A DNA stretch of 51,840 nucleotides from an uncultured Pseudomonadota bacterium (GCA_963843375.1 CAWJKT010000021.1:1-51840); one strand, 5' to 3'. Shown: positions 9,239 to 17,197, numbered from the stretch's first letter. Notes: generated from the sequence alone by a model not told the origin. Program-made: numbers and translations.

Positions 9239-9459
9239 TGCCTGAACGCCTTGAGGATTGGGAACTCGGTCGAAACATTGCACTTTTGAACGATGAAAAG
9301 TATTGGGAACAGACCTGTATCGGGGAATGTATCGCTAGCCATTCTACGGATTTCGGAACTTCGCCCGAGGAGATAACGCTTTACGACATCAAAGAGCCCT
9401 ACAAGACCGTCATTCGGGAAGCGTTGAAAAAGTTTCATGATACACAGCCAAACCCATAA
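9235..9459 (+). CDS. Hypothetical protein
   Basis: GTGA-coupled, RBS GGGGGAG. Confidence 0.6.
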   Translation: MMPERLEDWELGRNIALLNDEKYWEQTCIGECIASHSTDFGTSPEEITLYDIKEPYKTVIREALKKFHDTQPNP

Positions 9460-9499
9460 AGGGTGAAGCGGAAAGTTGTTCCATTGAAAGGGAGGCGGT

Positions 9500-9976
9500 A
9501 TGAGAGAAATCAAATTTAGGGCTTGGATAGTACCAACAAAAAGAATGGTTGACGTTTCTGGATTTTGTTTTCAGACCAAGGGCGTTGCGGTGGAATGTTT
9601 AAAAATTGGAAAACAGGATTTGGATAATAAAGAAGATCAAGAGTTTTGGTGGAATGAAAAAGAAGCTATCGTCATTCAATTCACCGGCCTCAAGGACAAA
9701 AATGGTAAAGAGATTTATGAGGGGGATATTGTGGCGGTTCCTTATGTGAGTCCAAGTGGTCAAACATTAGAAGTCGATAGAAACGTTGCGGTTGGGTTCG
9801 AGTTCGGAAGATTTGTGCTTTTGGAGCGTGAAGAACCAAAGCCAATAACAAAGTGGTGCCCCGAAAGCGAAGGGCCTTACGTGTCGAACTATGGAAATCT
9901 TAAGATTCTAAGTAATAAGACACTATTGGAAGTGGTTGGAAACATCTACGAAAACGCCGATTTGTTGAAGCGTTGA
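9500..9976 (+). CDS. YopX family protein
   Basis: MREIKFRAW...QFTGLKDKNGKEIYEGDIV...EVVGNIYEN signature. Confidence 0.95.
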   Translation: MREIKFRAWIVPTKRMVDVSGFCFQTKGVAVECLKIGKQDLDNKEDQEFWWNEKEAIVIQFTGLKDKNGKEIYEGDIVAVPYVSPSGQTLEVDRNVAVGFEFGRFVLLEREEPKPITKWCPESEGPYVSNYGNLKILSNKTLLEVVGNIYENADLLKR

Positions 9977-10018
9977 CATGAACGAGATGGAATCCATGTC
10001 AGCTAAGGAATGTGAGGG

Positions 10019-10154
10019 ATGATTGGATGGGCTTGCGGCGTGGTAGGGTTGCCTTGGAGAGTCGAGCGAGCCAGTAGGCACACGCACTTGAGGAAATTAG
10101 AGCTTGGTTGTTGCCGGTGAGAACTGACGAATCCGGCCAAGCCCATCGAATCAT
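10019..10154 (+). ncRNA. tRNA-like structured ncRNA, copy A
   Basis: GATGGGCTTG (10026-10035) pairs with CAAGCCCATC (10138-10147); GCGTG/CACGC stem; GCCGG/CCGGC T-like arm abutting the closing stem; same architecture at 15140-15288. Confidence 0.7.
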
Positions 10155-10173
10155 TACTTAGAGAGGTGACGCC

Positions 10174-10752
10174 GTGAACCAACCTAACGAGGAGTTGAAG
10201 CCCCTACCGTGTCCGTTTTGCGGGGGTTCAGCGATATTCAAACGAAACGAGCCCGGAAGTGAATCTTGCAAGGTTATTTGTGTGCCATGTCTCGTGGTCG
10301 GGCCAGTAAGGGCAACGAGGAAGGCGGCCATCGAAGCCTGGAACCGCCGCGCCCAATCTCCCCCGGTGGCACAAGTGGAAGTTTACAGGAAGGCGCTGGA
10401 AAAAATAATGAACGGTGATGGGTGGGATAAAAATAGTAGGCTGGCTTATGTTGAATGGGCTGAAAATCTAGCTAGAGAAGCCCTCCTGACCTCAAAGCCC
10501 GAACCAGTGGCCCCGATCTGTGAGAAGTGCGGAGATAAAGGTTGGTATTACAAAATGACGGGCGGTGGGCCAGGAGAAAGCCTGGATAAAAACAAGGTCG
10601 AGTGTTTGGAGTGCAAGCCAGTGGCCCCAGTAAGGAAGTGGGAAGCGGATGACGCTGTTGGATGGTTCCAGCAAGGTTTAGAAGAGGGGAAGGTGTGCTT
10701 TCGGGACTTGTCGCCCGAAGTCCAAGACGCACTGAGCGGGAGGAAGCCGTGA
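10174..10752 (+). CDS. Lar-family (restriction alleviation-like) mosaic protein
   Basis: ELKPLPCPFCGG...VICVPC...AIEAWNRR; RBS GAGG. Confidence 0.8.
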   Translation: MNQPNEELKPLPCPFCGGSAIFKRNEPGSESCKVICVPCLVVGPVRATRKAAIEAWNRRAQSPPVAQVEVYRKALEKIMNGDGWDKNSRLAYVEWAENLAREALLTSKPEPVAPICEKCGDKGWYYKMTGGGPGESLDKNKVECLECKPVAPVRKWEADDAVGWFQQGLEEGKVCFRDLSPEVQDALSGRKP

Positions 10753-10922
10753 ATAAAGACTGGATAGTGGTTTTGTTGCTTGTGGTGGTCTTCGGGTTTT
10801 GCTCTTTGGCGATTTGTGGCTCTTTCGACTGGCCGTTTAAGCGAGCCATTGGACTAACAATCCTGCTTTTGATCGCAGACGAGTGGGCAACTGAACGCTG
10901 GATGCACAGGGGAAAACAATGA
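10749..10922 (+). CDS. Small membrane protein (two hydrophobic segments)
   Basis: GTGA-coupled with RBS GGAGG; WIVVLLLVVVFGF and AIGLTILLLIA. Confidence 0.6.
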   Translation: MNKDWIVVLLLVVVFGFCSLAICGSFDWPFKRAIGLTILLLIADEWATERWMHRGKQ

Positions 10923-11539
10923 GTGAAAACAAGCCTGGGTTGAGCAACGAGGCATTTATCGAGAAGTGGCGAACGCCTTATGACAGAAGCATCAGCGGTA
11001 TTTGGGAGGCATTGAAAGAAGCCCTGGACCGCTTGGAGGCCCTTATCGGTCAGGGACAAGAGGAGAGGGATTTCAACTTTAAAGACGCTTTGGATTCGGC
11101 GTTGTTTGAACTCTTGGACAAATGCCGCGAGAACTGCAACCACGGGTGTCATACGGTCGATGACGACACGGCTTGGGATGAGTGCCCCGACCACAAGTTT
11201 ATGACCGATGAAATCGACAAACTTCGGAAAACTAACTGGCCCGAAGTCCAAGAGCGGCTATCCGGTGGCGGGGATGAGCGGTGGGAGAAGGAAGTGCCAG
11301 TGGCCCAAACGTGTCAGACTTGCGGAACATCTAACGGGATTCACGACTACTCTAAACAGCATTGGCCGCCAGTGGCCCCAGTAAGGAAGTGGGAACTAGA
11401 TGACAGCGTTGTAAATGAAAATTGGACTTATGAAATGACTTGCCCCGAATGCGATTACAGATGGGATGAGGACTGTGTTTTAGCGGTTCGTGATTGCAAG
11501 CCCGAAGTCCAAGACGCACTGAACGGGAGGAAGGCGTAA
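10919..11539 (+). CDS. Mosaic hypothetical protein with Cys motifs
   Basis: Shares short DNA modules with ORFs 10174 and 12440. Confidence 0.7.
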   Translation: MSENKPGLSNEAFIEKWRTPYDRSISGIWEALKEALDRLEALIGQGQEERDFNFKDALDSALFELLDKCRENCNHGCHTVDDDTAWDECPDHKFMTDEIDKLRKTNWPEVQERLSGGGDERWEKEVPVAQTCQTCGTSNGIHDYSKQHWPPVAPVRKWELDDSVVNENWTYEMTCPECDYRWDEDCVLAVRDCKPEVQDALNGRKA

Positions 11540-12426
11540 TGGCCGGATGGATTGGCGGTTTAGCTGAATGGCGAGAAGGTAATACCGCTTTTCTATCGGT
11601 CGCATTCACTTGGAAACTAAACGAGGCTTTTGAACGGGCAAACTTTTTGAGAGCGCAAGGGTTGAAGGTGAAGGCGGGAGGGCCAGCCCTGTTTTTGGTC
11701 AAGATGAAGCATATTTTGGCTGATGTTGCCGAATGTGGCGTGGATTACCCGGATGCAGTTTACCGCCACAATCCGAACGCTACGTTTGCCAGTAGGGGTT
11801 GTCCGGTTGGGTGCTGGTTTTGTATCGTCCCGAAGATGGAAGGGAAGGAGTTTAAATTGTTGGATAACTTTCCAGTTCGCCCGATTCTTTGCGATAACAA
11901 CCTTTCGGCGCTTCCGGCAGATTACCAGGATCACATTATTTCCCGTTACAAGGCGGAAGGGGTTGAATTGATGGACGCCAATAGCGGGTTTGAACCAATG
12001 ACCTTTTCGGTTGAGGTCTTTAACCGCTGGAAGGAAATTAACCGTGGGCCGTGGCGTTTCGCCTACGATGAAACCAAGGAACGGGAACAGGTTTTGAATG
12101 TGATGAAAATGCTTAAAGGCGAACCAATGAATAAAAAGCGGGTTTATGTTCTTATCGGAAACGAACCGTTTGAGGCGTGCATGGCCAGAATTTACGAAAC
12201 CATCGAAAACGGATGTGAACCCCACGTTCAACCATTCATCCCGCTTAACTCGCTTTATCGGGAACCGCAAGCCCGGCACGATTGGACAGTTCAAAAACTA
12301 AAAGATGTAGCCCGGTGGGCCAATGCGTGGATGTGGAGGCGGTTTAAATTCGACGAATACGATCGAACGATAAAAAAAGAAGTGGAAGTCTACGACGAAA
12401 AGCAGGGTCTTTTTACTTTTGCCTAA
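11539..12426 (+). CDS. Radical SAM protein
   Basis: SRGCPVGCWFC (CxxxCxxC), DNNL, RFAYD, VYVLIG; TAATG-coupled start with RBS GGAGG. Confidence 0.85.
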   Translation: MAGWIGGLAEWREGNTAFLSVAFTWKLNEAFERANFLRAQGLKVKAGGPALFLVKMKHILADVAECGVDYPDAVYRHNPNATFASRGCPVGCWFCIVPKMEGKEFKLLDNFPVRPILCDNNLSALPADYQDHIISRYKAEGVELMDANSGFEPMTFSVEVFNRWKEINRGPWRFAYDETKEREQVLNVMKMLKGEPMNKKRVYVLIGNEPFEACMARIYETIENGCEPHVQPFIPLNSLYREPQARHDWTVQKLKDVARWANAWMWRRFKFDEYDRTIKKEVEVYDEKQGLFTFA

Positions 12427-12439
12427 AGGAGTTGAGCCA

Positions 12440-12868
12440 ATGACCGCACCTGACAAGCCGGGGTTGAGCAACGAGGAGGGAAAGCCGACACCTGAACAGA
12501 TAGGGGGCGAAGAAGCGCTTAAATTCCAAGATGCCCAAACTCTCGCCGCCTATTGGGTGATGTGCGATAGCGAGAACCGGCGAAAAATGTGGGAGAGCGA
12601 CATTAAGAAGATTTGCGAGGCATTGCTTTCAGTATCCAGGCAGGGACAAGAGGAGAGGGACTACACGCCGGAAGAAGCGCAATTAGAAGTCACGAAGCGT
12701 TTCGGGCAAGGTTCCTCCGTTCAAGTAGATTTCGAGGTAAACAGCGATTGGACGTGGACCAAGCGGGTCACCTTATTCGACTGGGAAAGCAACGAGATTT
12801 CCGAAGCCGAAACATTCCGAGAAGCCTTCGCCGCCGCTGACGCAGCCAAGAAGGAGGGCGGGAAGTAG
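12440..12868 (+). CDS. Mosaic hypothetical protein
   Basis: RBS AAGGAG before ATG 12440; shares modules with ORF 10919. Confidence 0.7.
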   Translation: MTAPDKPGLSNEEGKPTPEQIGGEEALKFQDAQTLAAYWVMCDSENRRKMWESDIKKICEALLSVSRQGQEERDYTPEEAQLEVTKRFGQGSSVQVDFEVNSDWTWTKRVTLFDWESNEISEAETFREAFAAADAAKKEGGK

Positions 12869-12898
12869 GGCAGGATAAAACACGCAGAGGGAGAGAGC

Positions 12899-13003
12899 AT
12901 GGGCACAGAGTTTGAAGAAGGCCAGCCGTGGTGCCCTATCTGCGAAGAATGGGGGCATATCGCCATGGATTGCCCGGAAGTAGATGACGATGAGGATGAG
13001 TGA
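12899..13003 (+). CDS. 34-aa acidic CCHC zinc-knuckle microprotein (not in the ORF track)
   Basis: MGTEFEEGQPWCPICEEWGHIAMDCPEVDDDEDE, exact C-X2-C-X4-H-X4-C; purine-rich RBS GAGGGAG upstream. Confidence 0.65.
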   Translation: MGTEFEEGQPWCPICEEWGHIAMDCPEVDDDEDE

Positions 13004-13041
13004 CCGCCCCAAGAGGTCGGTAGACTAGAGAGGAAAAGGGA

Positions 13042-13773
13042 TTGAAGCCATTGGCACTCGATTTATGTTGCGGCATCTGGGAAGGCGGATGGGCCAATGG
13101 CCTGGTTAAAGCGGGCTGGCAGGTTATCGGCGTGGACATCGAGGACCAGGGCGGGTACGTGGGCCATAAGATTTTAGCGGACGTGCGCGAGATAGCCAAA
13201 GACCCCGAAAAGTATTTTCCGGCCTTGAAGTTTGATTTGGTGGTCGCAAGTCCCCCGTGCCAGGAGTTTTCGGTCAGTTCTCAACCCTTCAAGCGTTCTC
13301 GGGAGCGGTTCAACCTGGATAACCCACCCGACCGAAGCCTTTGGGATGCGGCTGTCACGATAGCCAAGAAGCTGAACGTGCCCTTGATTCTTGAGAATGT
13401 CCGCGGTGCGGTGAAGTTCATGGGTCCTCAGACATGGAACTACGGGAGTTATTACTTTTGGGGCGAAATGCCGGCCCTTACGCCAATCCCTTATCTCAAG
13501 GAAAACGGAGTTTGGAGCCACCGAAAAGGGTTTCAGAGTTCAGCGACACAAACGTTCGACCAAGACAGGGACACGCAGATTTCAGCGATAGCCAAAGCCC
13601 GAAATGGACTGCAAAGAACCAAGAGCATTTTCGTTGGAGAGTGTGACCGAATTGACGGAGTAAAGGGTGGTCTTTCAAGAAAGCGTTGGGCCGCAAGAGT
13701 TGCCATGATCCCCGAAGAACTGTCAACGTGGATTGGTGAGTGCTTTTATCCGCAGGAAATGAGAGGTCATTAA
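13042..13773 (+). CDS. Short DNA cytosine-5 methyltransferase-like protein
   Basis: Motif I LDLCCG..GG, motif IV SPPCQEFS, motif VI ENV. Confidence 0.8.
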   Translation: MKPLALDLCCGIWEGGWANGLVKAGWQVIGVDIEDQGGYVGHKILADVREIAKDPEKYFPALKFDLVVASPPCQEFSVSSQPFKRSRERFNLDNPPDRSLWDAAVTIAKKLNVPLILENVRGAVKFMGPQTWNYGSYYFWGEMPALTPIPYLKENGVWSHRKGFQSSATQTFDQDRDTQISAIAKARNGLQRTKSIFVGECDRIDGVKGGLSRKRWAARVAMIPEELSTWIGECFYPQEMRGH

Positions 13774-13898
13774 GGTGACGGTTGCTGAAAGGAAAAGTTG
13801 AGTTGCCGAAGGAAGGTTAGAAGGTAGCCATACCCGGAATGGGTGGCGGAAAGGTGAAGCCCAATGAATGACAATGATTTCATCGAAGAGTGTATCCT

Positions 13899-15128
13899 GT
13901 GAAAGAACGCCCCATCTTATTCAGCGGCCCGATGGTGAAGGCCATCTTGGAAGGTCGAAAGGGGCAAACCAGAAGAATTGTAAAAGAACTTCCTGACTTT
14001 ATTTATCGGCTATCGGATGATAGGATACAGGTAGTCTTTAATACGCTTTTGGAGGTTCAAGTTGAAAACCAAGGATGGAATCCAGTTGAGGCCGATACCG
14101 ACCTCTCCAAACCAGGACTATATGGCTGGAATGGATGGAAGGGTATATTCGCGGACCAAATACAAGGGTTTTGGGCGCAAGGTTTACGTGGATTGGTATG
14201 CGCTAAAAGGGCACGTGTCGGCAAAGGGTTACCCAACTATCTCACTTTGCCACGAAGGAAAAAAAATAACAAAGTCAGTTCACAAGCTGATTTGCATGGC
14301 CTTCCACGGATTGCCTCCGACCCCAGCCCATCAAGTGAGGCACTTGGACGGGATACCAGCCAACACGAATCCCAAGAATCTTTGCTGGGGAACTCAAGCG
14401 GAGAATTGGGCGGATCGCCGGATACATGGAACGGCGAGCGTTGGAGAAAAGCATTGGGCGTCAAAACTAACCAACGAAGAGCGGCGGCATTTGGTTTGGG
14501 CCATTCAAAACGGATTATGTTCACAGCACCACGCGGCAAAGGCATTGGGTATGAGCCAATCTGCTATTTCTTCCATCCTCCTTTCCAAGAATTGACCCGG
14601 CTATGGGTGAGGGAAACATTTACGATTGAGGATGGCGGGATGGAGTACTTGACCGATATCCCCAAGGATGGAACGCCTTACCTTGATGTTTTTGAAAATC
14701 CTTACGATAAAACGGAAATAACCAACCGGGAAGTACCGCACTATTTGGCTACGGAACCAGATTGTCACATTGTTCCTTGGGCTTGCATGGAAGGGGATTG
14801 CGACCACAAAGACAAGGAGGCGTGTAGCGAGAGAACCAAGTGGTGCCCATCCATCCATATGCCCCGATGGGCCAGCCGGATTGACCTGGAAGTGGTGAAG
14901 GTGCGAGTGGAGAGGTTACAGGATATTAGCGAGGAAGATTCTTTAGCGGAGGGGGTCGAAGCACTTCGCGGCCAGTTTGAAGGGGCTTTCAGTGCTGGAA
15001 AAAACGCATTAAGCGGAACCACGGCCAAGGAATGTTACGAGAGGCTTTGGAACGAAATTAACGGCCCCGAAAATTGGAACGCCAACCCATGGGTGTGGGT
15101 GGTGGAGTTCAAACGGATAAGACCTTAA
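13899..15128 (+). CDS. ASCH/PUA-like phage protein with a large in-frame insertion
   Basis: KERPILFSGPMVKAILEGRKGQTRR...RLWVRETF...PSIHMPRWASRIDLEVVKVRVERLQDISEEDSLAEG...NPWVWVVEF. Confidence 0.88.
   Translation: MKERPILFSGPMVKAILEGRKGQTRRIVKELPDFIYRLSDDRIQVVFNTLLEVQVENQGWNPVEADTDLSKPGLYGWNGWKGIFADQIQGFWAQGLRGLVCAKRARVGKGLPNYLTLPRRKKNNKVSSQADLHGLPRIASDPSPSSEALGRDTSQHESQESLLGNSSGELGGSPDTWNGERWRKALGVKTNQRRAAAFGLGHSKRIMFTAPRGKGIGYEPICYFFHPPFQELTRLWVRETFTIEDGGMEYLTDIPKDGTPYLDVFENPYDKTEITNREVPHYLATEPDCHIVPWACMEGDCDHKDKEACSERTKWCPSIHMPRWASRIDLEVVKVRVERLQDISEEDSLAEGVEALRGQFEGAFSAGKNALSGTTAKECYERLWNEINGPENWNANPWVWVVEFKRIRP
14062..14595 (+). CDS. NUMOD4-HNH homing endonuclease nested in the +1 frame of the ASCH-like gene
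   Basis: RPIP...YMAGMDGRVYS, KGYPTISL, VHKLICMAFHG, VRHLDGIPANTNPKNLCWGTQAEN, GEKHWASKLT, C-terminal HTH; RBS GGAGG at 14051-14055. Confidence 0.9.
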   Translation: MKTKDGIQLRPIPTSPNQDYMAGMDGRVYSRTKYKGFGRKVYVDWYALKGHVSAKGYPTISLCHEGKKITKSVHKLICMAFHGLPPTPAHQVRHLDGIPANTNPKNLCWGTQAENWADRRIHGTASVGEKHWASKLTNEERRHLVWAIQNGLCSQHHAAKALGMSQSAISSILLSKN

Positions 15129-15139
15129 AGGGCAGTTAG

Positions 15140-15288
15140 TAGCGGTTGAGCGCATGGGCGGCGTGGATCAGTACACGCTTTGCCGTTGGGGTCAGTAATC
15201 GAATATCGGGGGTCCGAGGCTAAGTTGACCCGTTGCTAAAACTCTGATAAGCCGGGGGAAAGTCCCGGCCCCATGCGCTGAACTGTTA
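15140..15288 (+). ncRNA. tRNA-like structured ncRNA, copy B
   Basis: AGCGCATGGG (15149-15158) pairs with CCCATGCGCT (15270-15279); CGGCGTGG...ACACGC; GCCGGG/CCCGGC arm; covaries with copy A. Confidence 0.7.
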
Positions 15289-15396
15289 ATTTGAGTGAAG
15301 AACTGAAAGCGTAGTCCCCAGGGAGCCAAGGTGACGAGCCACCGGGGGAGAGACCTAATGAACCTTTCCCCCAAACCTGGGCTTTTCTCTTGGAAC

Positions 15397-15425
15397 TTGA
15401 CAGGATTTAAGAATAGTCCAATAAT
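15397..15425 (+). promoter_or_regulatory. Putative sigma70 promoter
   Basis: TTGACA-17 nt-AATAAT upstream of ORF 15446. Confidence 0.6.
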
Positions 15426-15445
15426 TGGAACGAGGTTAATTTATA

Positions 15446-15781
15446 ATGAGTTCAACCCTACATGTAGCCTCCCATGAAAATCCATATGTCGCGGAGTTAC
15501 TCCGGTTAGGGATTCTAGCCGCCCGCCAGCGCCCGTTTGACCCTGAGGACTGGGAACTTTCCACGATGGAGGACTTGGGCGTCCAGTTACTCCAAGAGCT
15601 AGGGGCCAGTAGTTCCAGTGGTGTGAGTTATGTCGTAATCCCAGAACTACCAGTTCGTTCACGATGGTGCCTGAAGTGTAGCGAAACGTTCATCAGTGAT
15701 AATCTGTACTGTGATAAGTGTAGGGCAAATCCCGGTGATTACAATCCCAGGTTTCCGGGATTAAGGAGGAGCAGATTATGA
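15446..15781 (+). CDS. Hypothetical protein with C-terminal Zn ribbon
   Basis: CLKC...CDKC; RBS GAGG. Confidence 0.6.
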   Translation: MSSTLHVASHENPYVAELLRLGILAARQRPFDPEDWELSTMEDLGVQLLQELGASSSSGVSYVVIPELPVRSRWCLKCSETFISDNLYCDKCRANPGDYNPRFPGLRRSRL

Positions 15782-15954
15782 CACACTTTTTACTTCTCTT
15801 CATCGTCCTCTTTGGTGGATTCTTGGGATGGGGGCTTTGGGAAGATAGGCCAACGCAACTAGACAAGCGTTTGAGGGAACTGGCAGACTGTTATCCTCAC
15901 CGTACTTATTTAATGGACTCTTTTCAAGATATGATGAACACCCAACATCGTTAA
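15778..15954 (+). CDS. 58-aa single-TM protein (not in the ORF track)
   Basis: ATGA-coupled, RBS AGGAGG; MTHFLLLFIVLFGGFLGWGLW. Confidence 0.6.
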   Translation: MTHFLLLFIVLFGGFLGWGLWEDRPTQLDKRLRELADCYPHRTYLMDSFQDMMNTQHR

Positions 15955-16029
15955 AGATATGGATAGACGAGTATTGGAATATTGGCGCTCAAAACCGATG
16001 GATTTCCGAAAATGTGAAGAAGGAGACAG

Positions 16030-16443
16030 ATGCCGACTAATAGCAACTGGGATGGGAGATATTGCCGATGTGGGGCTGATTTATCAAAGATTGAAAAAGT
16101 TTCGGGACATATGGAATCGTGTTCCTCAAGGAAGCATATAAGGCCATATCTCGGCCCTGAAAATGAAGAATACGTAAAAGATATGGCAATCCGAACCGGG
16201 ACGCCATTTGGTAAACTCTTCGGCGATTCAAAAACGAGATACGGATTGCATGGAGAGAGGATAGATAGTAAACCTGTGGGTTATGTCCGTCGAGTTTTCA
16301 AATGTAAACGAGTAGAAATGACAACATGGAAACCTGGATGGTTTGAACACTTGAAAGTCTCTATTGGAGAATGGTTCCTGGGACAAAGACTATGTAACGA
16401 CGTGAACTGTCCTAGTTGCTCAAAGGCTAAAAATGCCAAATGA
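16030..16443 (+). CDS. Hypothetical Cys-containing protein
   Basis: RBS AAGGAG before ATG 16030. Confidence 0.6.
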   Translation: MPTNSNWDGRYCRCGADLSKIEKVSGHMESCSSRKHIRPYLGPENEEYVKDMAIRTGTPFGKLFGDSKTRYGLHGERIDSKPVGYVRRVFKCKRVEMTTWKPGWFEHLKVSIGEWFLGQRLCNDVNCPSCSKAKNAK

Positions 16444-16445
16444 AA

Positions 16446-16638
16446 CCGTAGTACCCAAGGATTCAAGGTTAGAGCGCCGGGGCCTGTGGGGGATCACGAG
16501 GCCCCAAACTTGGGTGGAGAAGCAGTTGGTAAGGCAGTGGGCGGTTCGACTCCGCATAAGGCCTAGGGTTAGGTGACACCGTTTGCCGGGTGAACGTGTC
16601 CGAGAGGGTTCGAATCCCTTATACGGCTCTCTTTTTTT
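16446..16638 (+). ncRNA. Structured RNA with two canonical TpsiC-type hairpins
   Basis: GCGG-TTCGACT-CCGC (16541-16555) and GAGGG-TTCGAAT-CCCTT (16604-16620); further stems ACCCAAG/CTTGGGT, GGGGCCT/AGGCCCC, GACAC/GTGTC, CCGTA/TACGG. Confidence 0.55.
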
Positions 16639-16651
16639 GAAAGGCAAAGCA

Positions 16652-17197
16652 ATGATTCGCCACAATCTCCCTGGATTCCTGGACTCGGTTCCGCAAAGAA
16701 ACATTGGTAAACCATTTAAAAAAGGCCATAGTGGGAATTCCAAAGGAAGACCAACAAAACCGCCAGAAGAATTGATCATAAAACGAGAAAACGGTTGTTG
16801 GATATGGATTGGATTGACCGATAAACTTGGTTATGGATCTTTTAATAAAAATAAAAAAAGGTATAGTTCTCACAGATATTTTTATGAATTAAAAAAAGGA
16901 ACGATACCCAAAGGATTGGTAATTGACCATCTTTGCCGAAATGCGTCTTGTTGCAATCCCGAACATTTAGAAGCAGTAACCAACAAAGAAAATATTCTTA
17001 GAGGTGTTGGGATTACTGCTAAAGAAGCGAAACAAACTCACTGTAAAAATGGGCATCCTTTATCGGGCGAAAATCTAAGGCTACATATTCGCGGTTATCG
17101 AAGGTGTCTAACTTGCATGAGAAATTACAGTAAGGAATATTGGAAAAATAAGGATCGACGGCCAAAAAACCACATAGAAGCCACAAACAATGGCTAA
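16652..17197 (+). CDS. HNH endonuclease with a terS-like (DUF5681-type) N-terminal motif
   Basis: CWIWIG...GYG...SHRYFYE...IDHLCRNASCCNPEHLEAVTNKEN...THCKNGH; FKKGHSGNSKGRP near the N-terminus; AT-rich. Confidence 0.88.
   Translation: MIRHNLPGFLDSVPQRNIGKPFKKGHSGNSKGRPTKPPEELIIKRENGCWIWIGLTDKLGYGSFNKNKKRYSSHRYFYELKKGTIPKGLVIDHLCRNASCCNPEHLEAVTNKENILRGVGITAKEAKQTHCKNGHPLSGENLRLHIRGYRRCLTCMRNYSKEYWKNKDRRPKNHIEATNNG

Noticed and set aside
13985..14600. Intein or group I intron carrying the HNH
   Set aside because: No intein terminal residues in the host frame, the HNH is out of frame, and too little non-HNH sequence exists for an intron core by eye; a covariance-model search was not possible
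16446..16638. Canonical tRNA gene or attP site
   Set aside because: No complete cloverleaf, anticodon arm or CCA, and no integrase in the genome; kept only as a tRNA-like RNA
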